A stretch of 64,000 bases of DNA from Bacillota bacterium (GCA_021847575.1 JAJZQO010000007.1:430-64429); one strand, 5' to 3'. Counted from the first letter of the stretch, positions 30,908-40,341 are shown. Numbers and translations are program-made. Notes: generated by a model from the sequence alone, not told the origin.

Positions 30908-32704
30908 CTATCCCCGCGACGCCGGAGCGATGGCGAGGTGCGGGCAGATCTGGGCGCAGACCGTGCAGCCCGTGCACTGGTCGGGGTCGATGCGGACCCT
31001 GTGGCGGTTCTCGTAGGGCTCCGCCTCAAGGTCCCAGCCGAGGGCCGGGCAGCCCGTGTTCATGCACAGCTGGCAGCCGACGCAGCGCCCCGGGTCGATC
31101 TCGTAGCGCCGCCCGACGAGCTTGTCGGGCGCCTGCACGCAGGGCCGGCTCGTGATCACGACCGACACGCCGCGGCTGCGGGTGGCCGCGAGCAGGGTGC
31201 GGTGCACCGCGCCCACGTCGTAGGGGTCCACCGCCACGACCGGGTCCGCGCCGAGCGCCCGGCAGACCCCCGCCAGGTCGATGCGCGCGGTCTCCGTGCC
31301 GCGGACGTTCGCGCCGAACTCCACCGTCGGCTGGCCCCCGGTCATGGCGGCGACGCCGTTGTCGAGGATCACGACGGTGAGGTCGGCCTGGTTCCAGACC
31401 GCGTCCGCCAGGGCGGGAACGCCGCCGTGCAGGAAGGTCGAGTCGCCGATCGCGGCGACGATCGGGTGCTGCTTGAGGCCTGCCTTCCACATGCCGACCG
31501 CCATGCCGATGCTCGATCCCATCGAGACGCAGGTGTCCATCGCGCGCAGCGGCTCCGAGGCGCCGAGCGTGTAGCAGCCGATGTCGCCGCTGACGTAGGC
31601 CTCGAGCTCCCGCAGGACCATGAACGGCGTCACGTGCGGGCAACCCGGGCAGAGCACGGGCGGGCGCGCGACGGCCGCCGGCCAGTCCTGCGCGGCAGGA
31701 GCCTGCTGCGGCGCGAGGACGCCTGCGGCGATGAAGCCCTTGCGCACCAGCTCAGGGGTAAGCTCGCCGGCCTGCGGGAAGAAGGTCTTGCCCTCGACCG
31801 CCAGGCCGAGCGCCTTGACGGCGTCCTCGAGATAGGGGTCCGTCTCCTCCACGACGAACAGCCGGTCCACTTTGCCGGCGAAGGCGCGGATCCGCTCCTT
31901 GGGCAGGGGATGCGTGATGCCGAGCTTGAGCACGCTCGCATCGGGCAGCACCTCGCGCACGTGCTGGTAGGAGATGCTCGAGGTGATGACGCCGACTGCG
32001 GTGTCGCGCATCTCCTCGCGCGTGAAGGGGTGCTGCTCGCACCAGGCGGCGAGACGCCCAAGCCGCTCGAGCAGCCGCTCCCGGCCCATGCGGGCGTAGA
32101 CCGGCAGCATGACGTACTTCGCGGGGTTGCGCTCGAAGCTGCGCTCACCCGGCGCCTCGGCGGCCGAGGGCAGAACGCGCGAGCGCGAATGCGAGACGCG
32201 CGTCGTCGTGCGCACGAGGCACGGCGTGTCGAACTGCTCGCTGACGCGGTATGCCTCGCGCATGAAGTCGTAGATCTCCTGGCTGTCGGACGGCTCGAAC
32301 ATCGGCACACCGGCAAACTTGCCGAGGTAGCGGCTGTCCTGCTCGTTCTGCGAGCTGTGCATGCCGGGGTCGTCCGCGCAGAGCAGGACGAGCCCGCCGT
32401 TGACGCCGACGAGCGGCGATGTCATCCAGGCGTCCATCGCCACGTTGAGGCCGACGTGCTTCATCGTCACCAGCACCCGCGCACCCGCCAGGGAGGCGCC
32501 GATGCCTTCGTCCAGGGCCACCTTCTCGTTGGTGGCCCACTGCACCTGAACCGACTCGGGCGCGATGCGGGCCATGTGCTCGATGATCTCCGTGGACGGG
32601 GTTCCGGGATAGCCTGTGGCCACCCGCACCCCTGCATGAAGCGCTCCCAACGCCACCGCCTCGTTGCCGAGCAGGAGCTGCTGGGTCGAGACCTCTGTCG
32701 CCAC
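30908..32704 (-). CDS. iorA: Indolepyruvate/arylpyruvate:ferredoxin oxidoreductase alpha subunit
   Basis: LLGNEAVA, GYPGTPSTEI, NEKVA, MKHVGLNVA, DDPGMHSSQNEQDSR, CPGCPH, GDIGCY, C-terminal ferredoxin. Confidence 0.9.
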   Translation of the reverse strand: MATEVSTQQLLLGNEAVALGALHAGVRVATGYPGTPSTEIIEHMARIAPESVQVQWATNEKVALDEGIGASLAGARVLVTMKHVGLNVAMDAWMTSPLVGVNGGLVLLCADDPGMHSSQNEQDSRYLGKFAGVPMFEPSDSQEIYDFMREAYRVSEQFDTPCLVRTTTRVSHSRSRVLPSAAEAPGERSFERNPAKYVMLPVYARMGRERLLERLGRLAAWCEQHPFTREEMRDTAVGVITSSISYQHVREVLPDASVLKLGITHPLPKERIRAFAGKVDRLFVVEETDPYLEDAVKALGLAVEGKTFFPQAGELTPELVRKGFIAAGVLAPQQAPAAQDWPAAVARPPVLCPGCPHVTPFMVLRELEAYVSGDIGCYTLGASEPLRAMDTCVSMGSSIGMAVGMWKAGLKQHPIVAAIGDSTFLHGGVPALADAVWNQADLTVVILDNGVAAMTGGQPTVEFGANVRGTETARIDLAGVCRALGADPVVAVDPYDVGAVHRTLLAATRSRGVSVVITSRPCVQAPDKLVGRRYEIDPGRCVGCQLCMNTGCPALGWDLEAEPYENRHRVRIDPDQCTGCTVCAQICPHLAIAPASRG

Positions 32705-32730
32705 GTTCTTCCCTCCCCGGTCCGCTCCGC

Positions 32731-33975
32731 CTAGACCGACGCGCTGTGCTGCAGCTGGCCGATCGTCGCCAGAATCTCCGCGTCCGTGAGGACGTGGTCG
32801 GTCGCCTTGGCCAGGCCCAGCACGGCCGCGAGCCGCTCCGGCGTGGCCTCGACGCCATGGTCCTTGAGCCAGAACTCGGCGTTCGAGCGACCGCTCATCG
32901 GGCCGATCTTGATCGCCTGCCGCCGGCCGACGAGCGCCGCCGGCACGGAGCTGTAGACCCGGTCCGCCAGCCACTGGTCGCCCTTCTGGTACGCCTTCGC
33001 GACGGCCGCCGCGTGTACGCCGGTGCTCGTGGCGAACGCGTCCTCGCCCATCACGGGGTAGTTGCGCGGCAGCTCGGAGCGCGTCATCTCGACGGCCAGG
33101 CGACAGTATTCGGCGAGCGTGCTGAGGTCCTGGTCGAGCCAGCCCAGCATCACGAGGTTGACGAGCACCGTGTCCATGGCCGCGTTGCCGACCCGCTCGC
33201 CGATGCCCGCCGCGCAGGCGTGCACGCGCGTGGCGCCCGCCGCCAGGGCGGCCAGGCTGTTGATCACGTCGAGGCCGCGGTCGCGGTGGCCGTGCCAGTC
33301 GATCTCCGGAGTGACGCCGCGGCGCTCCAGGCTCGCCTTGACGAACTGCACGAGCCGCTGCGTGCCGGACGGCGTCGCGTGGCCCACCGTGTCGGCGACG
33401 CAGAAGCGCTTCGCCCCCGCGTCCGCCGCCGCGCCATACATCGCCTCGATATCGGCCGGGCGGGCGCGGGTGGTGTCCTCCGTCACGAACATCACTTCGA
33501 GACCCTCGCGTGTCGCGAGGCCGACGGCCTCGTCGATGGTGTGCAGGAGCCGCTCCAGCGTCCAGCCCTCGACCCACTGCCGGATCGGGCTGGAACCGAT
33601 GAACAGGGCCGCCTGGATTGGCACGCCGGTTTCCTGCTGCGCGCGCACCATCGGCATGATGTCCGCCTGGTGCGTGCGCCCGGCGCAGTTGGGGCTGACC
33701 GGCAAGTGCTCGTCGCGGATCAGGCGGGCGAGGCGCACCACGTCGCCGTAGGCCTGCTCGCTCGCGCCGGGGTAGCCGATGTTGGCCGAACCGATGCCCA
33801 GGGCAGGCAAGAGGCGCACGAACGCCTCCTTCTCGGCGATCGTCGGCTGGCGCACGGACGGGCTCTGCAACCCGTCGCGCAGCGTCTCGTCGTTCAGCTC
33901 GACGCGGCTCGGCCGCGTGAGGTCGGCGGTGAGCGGCTGGACCTCGTTCCAGTCGTGCAGCAGCGGCGATTCCAT
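32731..33975 (-). CDS. LeuA-family (DRE-TIM) acetyl-CoA:2-oxoacid condensing enzyme lacking the regulatory domain
   Basis: DETLRDGLQ, HGHRDRG, GIGERVGN, GVHA; only 414 aa. Confidence 0.85.
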   Translation of the reverse strand: MESPLLHDWNEVQPLTADLTRPSRVELNDETLRDGLQSPSVRQPTIAEKEAFVRLLPALGIGSANIGYPGASEQAYGDVVRLARLIRDEHLPVSPNCAGRTHQADIMPMVRAQQETGVPIQAALFIGSSPIRQWVEGWTLERLLHTIDEAVGLATREGLEVMFVTEDTTRARPADIEAMYGAAADAGAKRFCVADTVGHATPSGTQRLVQFVKASLERRGVTPEIDWHGHRDRGLDVINSLAALAAGATRVHACAAGIGERVGNAAMDTVLVNLVMLGWLDQDLSTLAEYCRLAVEMTRSELPRNYPVMGEDAFATSTGVHAAAVAKAYQKGDQWLADRVYSSVPAALVGRRQAIKIGPMSGRSNAEFWLKDHGVEATPERLAAVLGLAKATDHVLTDAEILATIGQLQHSASV

Positions 33976-33997
33976 GGCCTAACCTCCTCGCATCCCG

Positions 33998-35284
33998 TCA
34001 GCGGGCGTAGGTGAGCTTGCGGCGGTCGACCACACGGACTGCCTTGCCCTCGCTGCGGGGAATGCTGAGCGGATCCATGACGGCAACCATGACGCTCACG
34101 CCGAGCACCTCGTTGAGCCTGCGCTGCACCGCCGCCGCCAGCACCCCGCGCTCGGCCTCGGTCTCGCGCGGCTCCACGTGGACCTCGAGCACGTCGAGCG
34201 CCTGGTGGCGGTCGAGCACGAGCTGGTAGACGGGCGCCAGGGCATCCATGTCGAGCAGCGCGGACTCCACGTCGCGCGGGAAGAGGTTCACGCCGCGCAG
34301 CGTGAACATGTCGTCGACGCGCCCGAGGATGTGGTCCATGCGCCGCGTCGTCCGGCCGCACTCGCAGCTGCCAGGGATGACGCGCGTGATGTCGCCTGTG
34401 CGGTAGCGCACGACGGGCGAGGCCTCGCGCCGCAAGGCGGTCAGCACGAGCTCGCCGAGCGTGCCGTCCGGGACCGGCTTGCCAGTCTGCGGATCGATGA
34501 CTTCGAAGTAGAAGAGGTCTTCCGAGACGTGCAGGCCCTTGTGCCCCTCGGCGCATTCGCTCGCGACGCCCGGACCGATGATCTCCGCCAGGCCGTAGAC
34601 GTCGAGCGCCGTGATGCCCATCTCGCTCTCGATCTCGTCGCACATCTGCTGCGACCAGGCCTCGGCGCCGAAGACGCCGACGCGCAGGCTCATCTCGTCC
34701 TTGGCCACGCCCATCTGCCGCATGACCTCTGCGATGTGCTGGCCGTAGGACGGTGTGCAGGTGAGGACCGTCGCCTTGAGGTCGCGCAGCATCGTCACCT
34801 GGCGCTGCGTCTGGCCGCCGGAGATGGGCAGGACCGTCACACCAGTCTCGAGTGCCGCGTAGTGGAAGCCGAGGCCGCCGGTGAAGAGGCCGTAGCCGTA
34901 GGCGTTGTGCACGATGTCGCCACGGTGCACGCCGGCCCGCTGCAGGACGCGCTTCATGGCCGTGCGCCAAAGCTGCAGGTCACTGGCGGTGTAGCCCGTG
35001 ACTACGGCGGAGCCCGTCGTGCCGGAGGAGGCATGCAACTCCATGACATCCGTGAGCGGCACGCCGATCGCGCTGGGGTAGGGCTGTGCGCGCAGGTCCG
35101 CCTTGTTCGTCGTCGGCACCAGCGCGATGTCCTCCGGCGTCCGGATGGCGTCCGGGTCGACATCCCTCAGCCGTTCCGCGTAGAACGGCATGGTGCGCTT
35201 CACCCGCCGCACGGTCTCGCGGAACAGCTCGATCTCCTTGGCGGCCAGTTCGCTCTGCGGAACCCTCTCGTCGTCCCAGTCCAT
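33998..35284 (-). CDS. paaK: Phenylacetate-CoA ligase
   Basis: HASSGTTG, AYGYGLFTGGLGFHY, FGAEAW, YGLAEIIGPGVA, RYRTGD, RSEGKA. Confidence 0.9.
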   Translation of the reverse strand: MDWDDERVPQSELAAKEIELFRETVRRVKRTMPFYAERLRDVDPDAIRTPEDIALVPTTNKADLRAQPYPSAIGVPLTDVMELHASSGTTGSAVVTGYTASDLQLWRTAMKRVLQRAGVHRGDIVHNAYGYGLFTGGLGFHYAALETGVTVLPISGGQTQRQVTMLRDLKATVLTCTPSYGQHIAEVMRQMGVAKDEMSLRVGVFGAEAWSQQMCDEIESEMGITALDVYGLAEIIGPGVASECAEGHKGLHVSEDLFYFEVIDPQTGKPVPDGTLGELVLTALRREASPVVRYRTGDITRVIPGSCECGRTTRRMDHILGRVDDMFTLRGVNLFPRDVESALLDMDALAPVYQLVLDRHQALDVLEVHVEPRETEAERGVLAAAVQRRLNEVLGVSVMVAVMDPLSIPRSEGKAVRVVDRRKLTYAR

Positions 35285-35304
35285 GCCCGACACCCCTCTC
35301 TCCG

Positions 35305-35826
35305 TCACTCGGCCGTCGACCCTTGGTCCGCGGCGATCGCGCGCAGCATCGGCACGATGCCTCCGCGCGCGAGGACCGCAAGCATCTCCGGCGGAATCCT
35401 TTCGGCCTGAAGGGCCGTCCCGTCGGAGCGAACCACCTCCCCCGCGACCACATCGACCGCGACTATCTCCCCGTCCTGGACAAGCCCGCCGACGCCCTGG
35501 CAGGTCAGAACGGGCAGTCCGATGGCGATGGCGTTGCGCGCGAAGATGCGCGCGAACGACTCCGCCACCACGACCGCCACGCCGAGGTCCTTGAGGTGCT
35601 GCGGTGCGGATTCGCGACTCGACCCGACGCCGAAGTTGCGCCCGCCGACGACGATATCCCCGTGCCGCACCCCAGACGCGAAGTCCGGACGGACCGCCTC
35701 GAGCACGTGGCGCAGGCGCTCGGCCATGGGCGCGTGCACGTACGGGCCCGGCGAGAGGACGTCCGTCGAGATGTTGTCGCCGAGCAGCCAGGCCCTGCCG
35801 CGCAGCACCGGGAACAGATCGCTCAT
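35305..35826 (-). CDS. LeuD/HacB/DmdB family dehydratase small subunit
   Basis: GDNISTD, NFGVGSSRE, SFARIFARNA. Confidence 0.88.
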   Translation of the reverse strand: MSDLFPVLRGRAWLLGDNISTDVLSPGPYVHAPMAERLRHVLEAVRPDFASGVRHGDIVVGGRNFGVGSSRESAPQHLKDLGVAVVVAESFARIFARNAIAIGLPVLTCQGVGGLVQDGEIVAVDVVAGEVVRSDGTALQAERIPPEMLAVLARGGIVPMLRAIAADQGSTAE

Positions 35827-37055
35827 GACGGCACCCCCTCGGCCGCAAGCCCTGCGAGCAAGGATCTGGGGTCCGCGATCTCGCCCGCGATCGCCGTCGC
35901 GGCAGCCGTGAGGGGCGACGCGAGGTAGATCTCGGCGTCCGGGCTGCCCATGCGCCCCTGGAAGTTGCGGTTGTGCGTGCCGAGACAGCGCTCTCCCGGC
36001 GCCAGGAGTCCGAGGTGGCCACCGAAGCAGGGGCCGCAGCTGGCCCCCTCCACGATCGCGCCTGCCGCGACCAGGGCGTCCAGGATCCCTTCCTGCATCG
36101 CCTGCCGGTAGATCTCGCGCGAGGCCGGCGTGACGACGAGGCGCACTCCTGGTGCGATCTGCCTGCCCTGCAGCAGCGAGGCCGCGTCCCGCAGATCCTG
36201 CAGGCGCCCGTTGGTGCACGAGCCGATGAACACCTGGTCGATCCGCGTGCCGACCATCTCCTGGACCGGTCGCACGTTCTCGACGTGGTGCGGGCACGCA
36301 ACCATCGGTTGCAGGCTGGAAAGGTCGACGCTGTAGCTGGCCGCGTAGGCCGCACCCTGCGGCAGGTCCTCGCCCGGCGGGAAGACGGCGAACTTCGAGC
36401 CCATCTCGACCCCCATGTTGCAGACCGTGAGCCTGTCGGCGAGGGTAAGGGACGAGGTGCCGGGACCGCGGAACTCGAGCGAGCGCGCCTGCGCGATGTC
36501 GGAACCGACGATGCGCATCAGGGCGAGGATCAGATCCTTGCCGGAGGTGGCGGGTGCAAGCCGCCCGCTCAGGCGGATCAGCACGCTCTCCGGCACCTTG
36601 AACCAGAGCGTGCCGGTCGCGAGCGCGTACGCCATCTCGGTCGAGCCGATGCCAGTGCTCAGCGCGCCTACGCCGCCGTAGGTGGTGGTGTGGGAGTCGG
36701 TGGCGACGACGAGGTCGCCCTCGCGCACGCGCTTTTCCTCCACCATCACCTGGTGCGAGACGCCGCGCCCCATCTCGTGGAAGTTCGCGATACCGTACCG
36801 CCGCGCGAGCTCGCGCGCCGTCCTCTGGTGGGCGGCTGCGGCCACCGAGGGCGGCGGCACCATGTGGTCGAAGACGACCGTCACCCGCGACGGGTCGTGC
36901 AGTTCCCTGATGCCCACCTCTGCCAACAGGCCGAGCACGTCCGCCGCGAAGATGTCGTGCATCATGAAGCCGTCCGGCCGCGCGACAACGTACTCGCCGG
37001 CCACTGCCTTCTCAAGTCCGGACTTCTTGGCCAGAATCTCCTCTGCCCAGGTCAC
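35823..37055 (-). CDS. LeuC/HacA/DmdA family aconitase-type dehydratase large subunit
   Basis: DH..P, DSHTTTYG, TVCNM, IGSCTNGR, CGPCFG, NRNFQGRMG. Confidence 0.88.
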   Translation of the reverse strand: MTWAEEILAKKSGLEKAVAGEYVVARPDGFMMHDIFAADVLGLLAEVGIRELHDPSRVTVVFDHMVPPPSVAAAAHQRTARELARRYGIANFHEMGRGVSHQVMVEEKRVREGDLVVATDSHTTTYGGVGALSTGIGSTEMAYALATGTLWFKVPESVLIRLSGRLAPATSGKDLILALMRIVGSDIAQARSLEFRGPGTSSLTLADRLTVCNMGVEMGSKFAVFPPGEDLPQGAAYAASYSVDLSSLQPMVACPHHVENVRPVQEMVGTRIDQVFIGSCTNGRLQDLRDAASLLQGRQIAPGVRLVVTPASREIYRQAMQEGILDALVAAGAIVEGASCGPCFGGHLGLLAPGERCLGTHNRNFQGRMGSPDAEIYLASPLTAAATAIAGEIADPRSLLAGLAAEGVPS

Positions 37056-38041
37056 AGCACTGGCTCCCTTCGCTCCATCTCCATGTCGCCGAGCGCCCGC
37101 ACGACGAGACCGCGCACTGCGATCTGCCGCCCCGCGACGTTCAGCTGGCCGTTGTCGTAGGGGTGGACGGCCCGGCGGGCCAGGTCGCCCGCCGCGAGGA
37201 TGCGCTCCTCGGACCACGCGCTGCCGTCGAGCAGGCTCTCCGCGGCCTGCACCCGGATCGGCGCGGGACCGACGGCACTCACGACGACGACCGGCTCGCG
37301 CCAGGCGCCGTCGCGCCAGACGGCCGACACGGCCGCATTGGCCTCCGGAAAGTCGATGCTGGCCCTCGTCCGCCACTTGCGGAAGGCGGCCCGCGGCGGC
37401 GCGGCAGGTAGCCGCAGTGCGGCCAGGAACTCGCCCGGGGCAATGTGCAGATGATGCGTGCCATCGCCGGTGTAGATCTCCTCGATCGGCAGGCGGCGGG
37501 GCCTGCGGCCCCAGATCTCGGCCTCCGCCCGCAGCGCCACGAGCGCGGGCACCGTGTCTCCGGAGAGGATCGCGACGCAGGTCTCCTTGGCGGGCGCGGC
37601 GTGGCAGACCTCGCCGCCGCTCTGCCAGCAGGGCGCGAGCGCCTCCCGCCAGAGCGGCGGCTGGTTGCGGAAGCGGCAGCGCGTACCGAGGCAGACGTTG
37701 CCGCCGAGCGTCCCCTGCGCCCGGAGCTCCGGCGACCCGACCGCCTGGGCGGCATCCGCCAAGGCCGGATAACCTACGCGGATGAGGGGGTGGCGCACGA
37801 TGTCCGCGAGGGTCGCCATCGCGCCGATGCGCAGGCGGCCATCCTCCTCCGTCTCGATGCGCCGCAGCGCGTCGAGGCCGGCCAGGCTGACGAGCGTATC
37901 GCACGTGGGGATCTCCCAGGCGAGCCCCGGGATCAGGTCGCTGCCACCGGCCAGGACTGCCGCCCCCTCGGCGGCGAGCGCCGCCACGGTCTCCTCCGGC
38001 CGGGACGGCGTAGTGAGGCTGAGCGGACGCAAGGGCATCAT
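37052..38041 (-). CDS. hcrB: 4-hydroxybenzoyl-CoA reductase-like FAD subunit with [4Fe-4S] insertion
   Basis: AGGSDL, GTLGGN, insertion C..TRC..NQ...WR....C...GG..CH......C. Confidence 0.8.
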   Translation of the reverse strand: MMPLRPLSLTTPSRPEETVAALAAEGAAVLAGGSDLIPGLAWEIPTCDTLVSLAGLDALRRIETEEDGRLRIGAMATLADIVRHPLIRVGYPALADAAQAVGSPELRAQGTLGGNVCLGTRCRFRNQPPLWREALAPCWQSGGEVCHAAPAKETCVAILSGDTVPALVALRAEAEIWGRRPRRLPIEEIYTGDGTHHLHIAPGEFLAALRLPAAPPRAAFRKWRTRASIDFPEANAAVSAVWRDGAWREPVVVVSAVGPAPIRVQAAESLLDGSAWSEERILAAGDLARRAVHPYDNGQLNVAGRQIAVRGLVVRALGDMEMERREPVL

Positions 38042-40341
38042 CGGGCGTTCCCCCTTCGCCGCTTGGCGTCGAGCGCGCGGAGGATCCGGTCCGGCGTGAC
38101 GGGCGTCTCGTGCAGCTCGATGCCGACGGCGTCCTGCACGGCGTTGAGCACGGCGGGGATCACCGGGTTCAAAGGGCCCTGACCGACCTCTTTGGCGCCC
38201 AAAGGCCCGTTCGGGTCGGGCTGGCCGACCACGGCGATCTCGATCTCCGGCACGTCGAGCATGGTCGGGATGCGGTAGCCGAGCAGGTGCGGACCGCGGT
38301 GCCGACCGTCGGGGTTGAAGGCCTGCGCCTCCATCAGCACCTCGCCCAGGCCCATCACGACGCCGCCGCGGATCTGCCCTTCGACCGACTGGGGGTTGAG
38401 CGGCGTGCCGGGGTCGTGGGCCACATAGAGGCGCTGCACCTGAAGGCGCCCGTCGAGTTCGTCGACCTCCACCTCCGCGATGCAGGCCGAAAAGGAGTAG
38501 GCCGGCGATGGCCCGACGCCGGATCCCTTGTGGCGCCCTCGCGGTGGCGCTGGCGTGTAGCCGCCGGCCGTCACGAGGGGCCCGAAGTCCGCTTCCGCCC
38601 AGCGCGCGACCTCGGTCCAGGCCGCCCGCTCGTCCCTGCCCAGGACGGCGAAATCCTCACCATCCCGCGCGATCTCCTGCGCCGGTACCTGCCAGTGCCT
38701 GGCCGCGGCCTGTCGCAACAGGTCGAGCATGCGCTCCGCGGCCGTGAGCAGGGCGTTGCCCGCCATCAAGGTGACACGGCTCGAGTACGAGCCGAGATCG
38801 ACAGGCGTCGTGCCCGTATCGGCGCTCGTCACCCGCACGCGGCCGAGGGCGACCCCGAGCGAGCGCGCCGCCAGGATGGCGAGCACCGTGTTGGCGCCCT
38901 GGCCGATGTCGGTGATGCCGCACGCCACCTGCACGCCGCCGTCGCGGCCTATGGCGATGCGCGCGCCGCTGTGCGGCAGGGGGTTCCAATAGATCGGCAG
39001 CCCCGCACCGCTCAGGTAGCTCGAGCAGGCGAAGCCCAGTCCGCGGCCCTTGCCGAGGCGGCCGCGGCGCTCCTTCCAGCCGCTCATCCGCTCGACCGCG
39101 TCAAGGCACTCGGCGAGGCCGGACGTCGTGATGTCGAGCTGGTTCACAGTCACGGAGAACGGCGGCTGCAGGATCTCGCGCCGCAGCTCGATCGGGTCGA
39201 GGCCGAGGTCGCGCGCCACGCGGTCCATGTGCACCTCGAGCAGGGCCCGCGGCTGCGTCGTGCCGTGGCCCCGCTTGGGGCCGCAGGGCGGCTTCGTCGT
39301 GAACCAGCGCTCGCCGTGGAACCTGTACGCGCCGATCTGGTAGGTCGTCGGCTGCAGGGCCCCGGTGTAGTAGGTGCTGGCAATGCCGTAGGAGCTGTAT
39401 GCCCCGCCGTCCAGCCGGCTCTCGAACGACATCGCCTGGAGCCGGTGCTGCCGATCGAAGCCGGTCGCCACCTTCATCTCGACGGGATGGCGGCCACGGT
39501 GCGTGTAGAAGACGTCCTCCCGGCTCAAGGTGATGCGCACGGGACGCCCGCAGCTGCGCGAGAGCAGCGCGGCGGCGACCTCGTGCGGGAACAGCTCGCT
39601 CTTGCCGCCGAAGCCGCCGCCAAGCGTCGGCACCATGACCCTGATCTGGTGCTCCGGCAGGCCGAGCGCCCGCGCCAGGGAGCGCTGGACGTAGTGCGGC
39701 ACCTGTGTCGAGCTCTCAAGCACGAGTTGGCCGTCCGGCTGCCAGAACGCGGTGACCGCGTGCGGTTCGAGCGCCAAATGGTTGTTTCCCTGAAAGAAGA
39801 ACTCGTCCGTGCGCGTGAACTGCGCCTCGCGCAGGCCCGCGGCGACGTCCCCGAACTCGAGGTCGACCGCCTTGTGCAGATTGCCGTCGCCGGCGTCCTC
39901 GCGGACCTGCGGCGCCGCCTTCTGCTGCGAGCCCGTCTTCAGCACCGGCGCCAGGGGCTCGTACGCCACGCGCACGGCCCGCGCCGCCGCACGGGCCGTG
40001 CGGAGCGTCTCGGCGGCAATCGCCAGCAGCGGCTCGCCGAAGTACGTGACCTTGCCCGTCGCCAGCGCGTGCTCGTCCTGGTTCGACGGCATGATGCCAT
40101 AGGGCGCCGTGCTGCCGGGGCCCGCCAGCACGGCGAGCACGCCTGGCATCGAACGGGCGGCCTCCAGATCGACGGAAACGATCCTCGCGTGGGCGTGGGG
40201 GCTGCGCACAAGGTAGCCGTACGCCATGTTCGGCCAGGCGACGTCGTCCGCGTAGAGCGCCTGTCCGGTCACCTTGGCCCAGCCCTCGATACGGTTCGGG
40301 ACCGCCACCGCGCTGGGCGAGGAGGGCGCCTCAAGCTTCAT
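38038..40341 (-). CDS. hcrA: 4-hydroxybenzoyl-CoA reductase-like molybdenum subunit (xanthine oxidase family)
   Basis: GGGFGGK, HRGRHP, KRGHG, DLGSYSSRVT, GAKEVGQGP. Confidence 0.75.
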   Translation of the reverse strand: MKLEAPSSPSAVAVPNRIEGWAKVTGQALYADDVAWPNMAYGYLVRSPHAHARIVSVDLEAARSMPGVLAVLAGPGSTAPYGIMPSNQDEHALATGKVTYFGEPLLAIAAETLRTARAAARAVRVAYEPLAPVLKTGSQQKAAPQVREDAGDGNLHKAVDLEFGDVAAGLREAQFTRTDEFFFQGNNHLALEPHAVTAFWQPDGQLVLESSTQVPHYVQRSLARALGLPEHQIRVMVPTLGGGFGGKSELFPHEVAAALLSRSCGRPVRITLSREDVFYTHRGRHPVEMKVATGFDRQHRLQAMSFESRLDGGAYSSYGIASTYYTGALQPTTYQIGAYRFHGERWFTTKPPCGPKRGHGTTQPRALLEVHMDRVARDLGLDPIELRREILQPPFSVTVNQLDITTSGLAECLDAVERMSGWKERRGRLGKGRGLGFACSSYLSGAGLPIYWNPLPHSGARIAIGRDGGVQVACGITDIGQGANTVLAILAARSLGVALGRVRVTSADTGTTPVDLGSYSSRVTLMAGNALLTAAERMLDLLRQAAARHWQVPAQEIARDGEDFAVLGRDERAAWTEVARWAEADFGPLVTAGGYTPAPPRGRHKGSGVGPSPAYSFSACIAEVEVDELDGRLQVQRLYVAHDPGTPLNPQSVEGQIRGGVVMGLGEVLMEAQAFNPDGRHRGPHLLGYRIPTMLDVPEIEIAVVGQPDPNGPLGAKEVGQGPLNPVIPAVLNAVQDAVGIELHETPVTPDRILRALDAKRRRGNAR

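Noticed and set aside
32731-37055. Reading leuA/leuCD as leucine or lysine biosynthesis
   Set aside because: No LeuB-type dehydrogenase in the window, no regulatory domain, paaK interleaved, catabolic context; not formally excluded
33998-37904. Apparent giant fusion proteins in the ORF track (785 aa PaaK, 693 aa LeuC; also 889 aa IorA, 896 aa HcrA)
   Set aside because: The N-terminal extensions overlap upstream genes in other frames; internal starts give normal sizes
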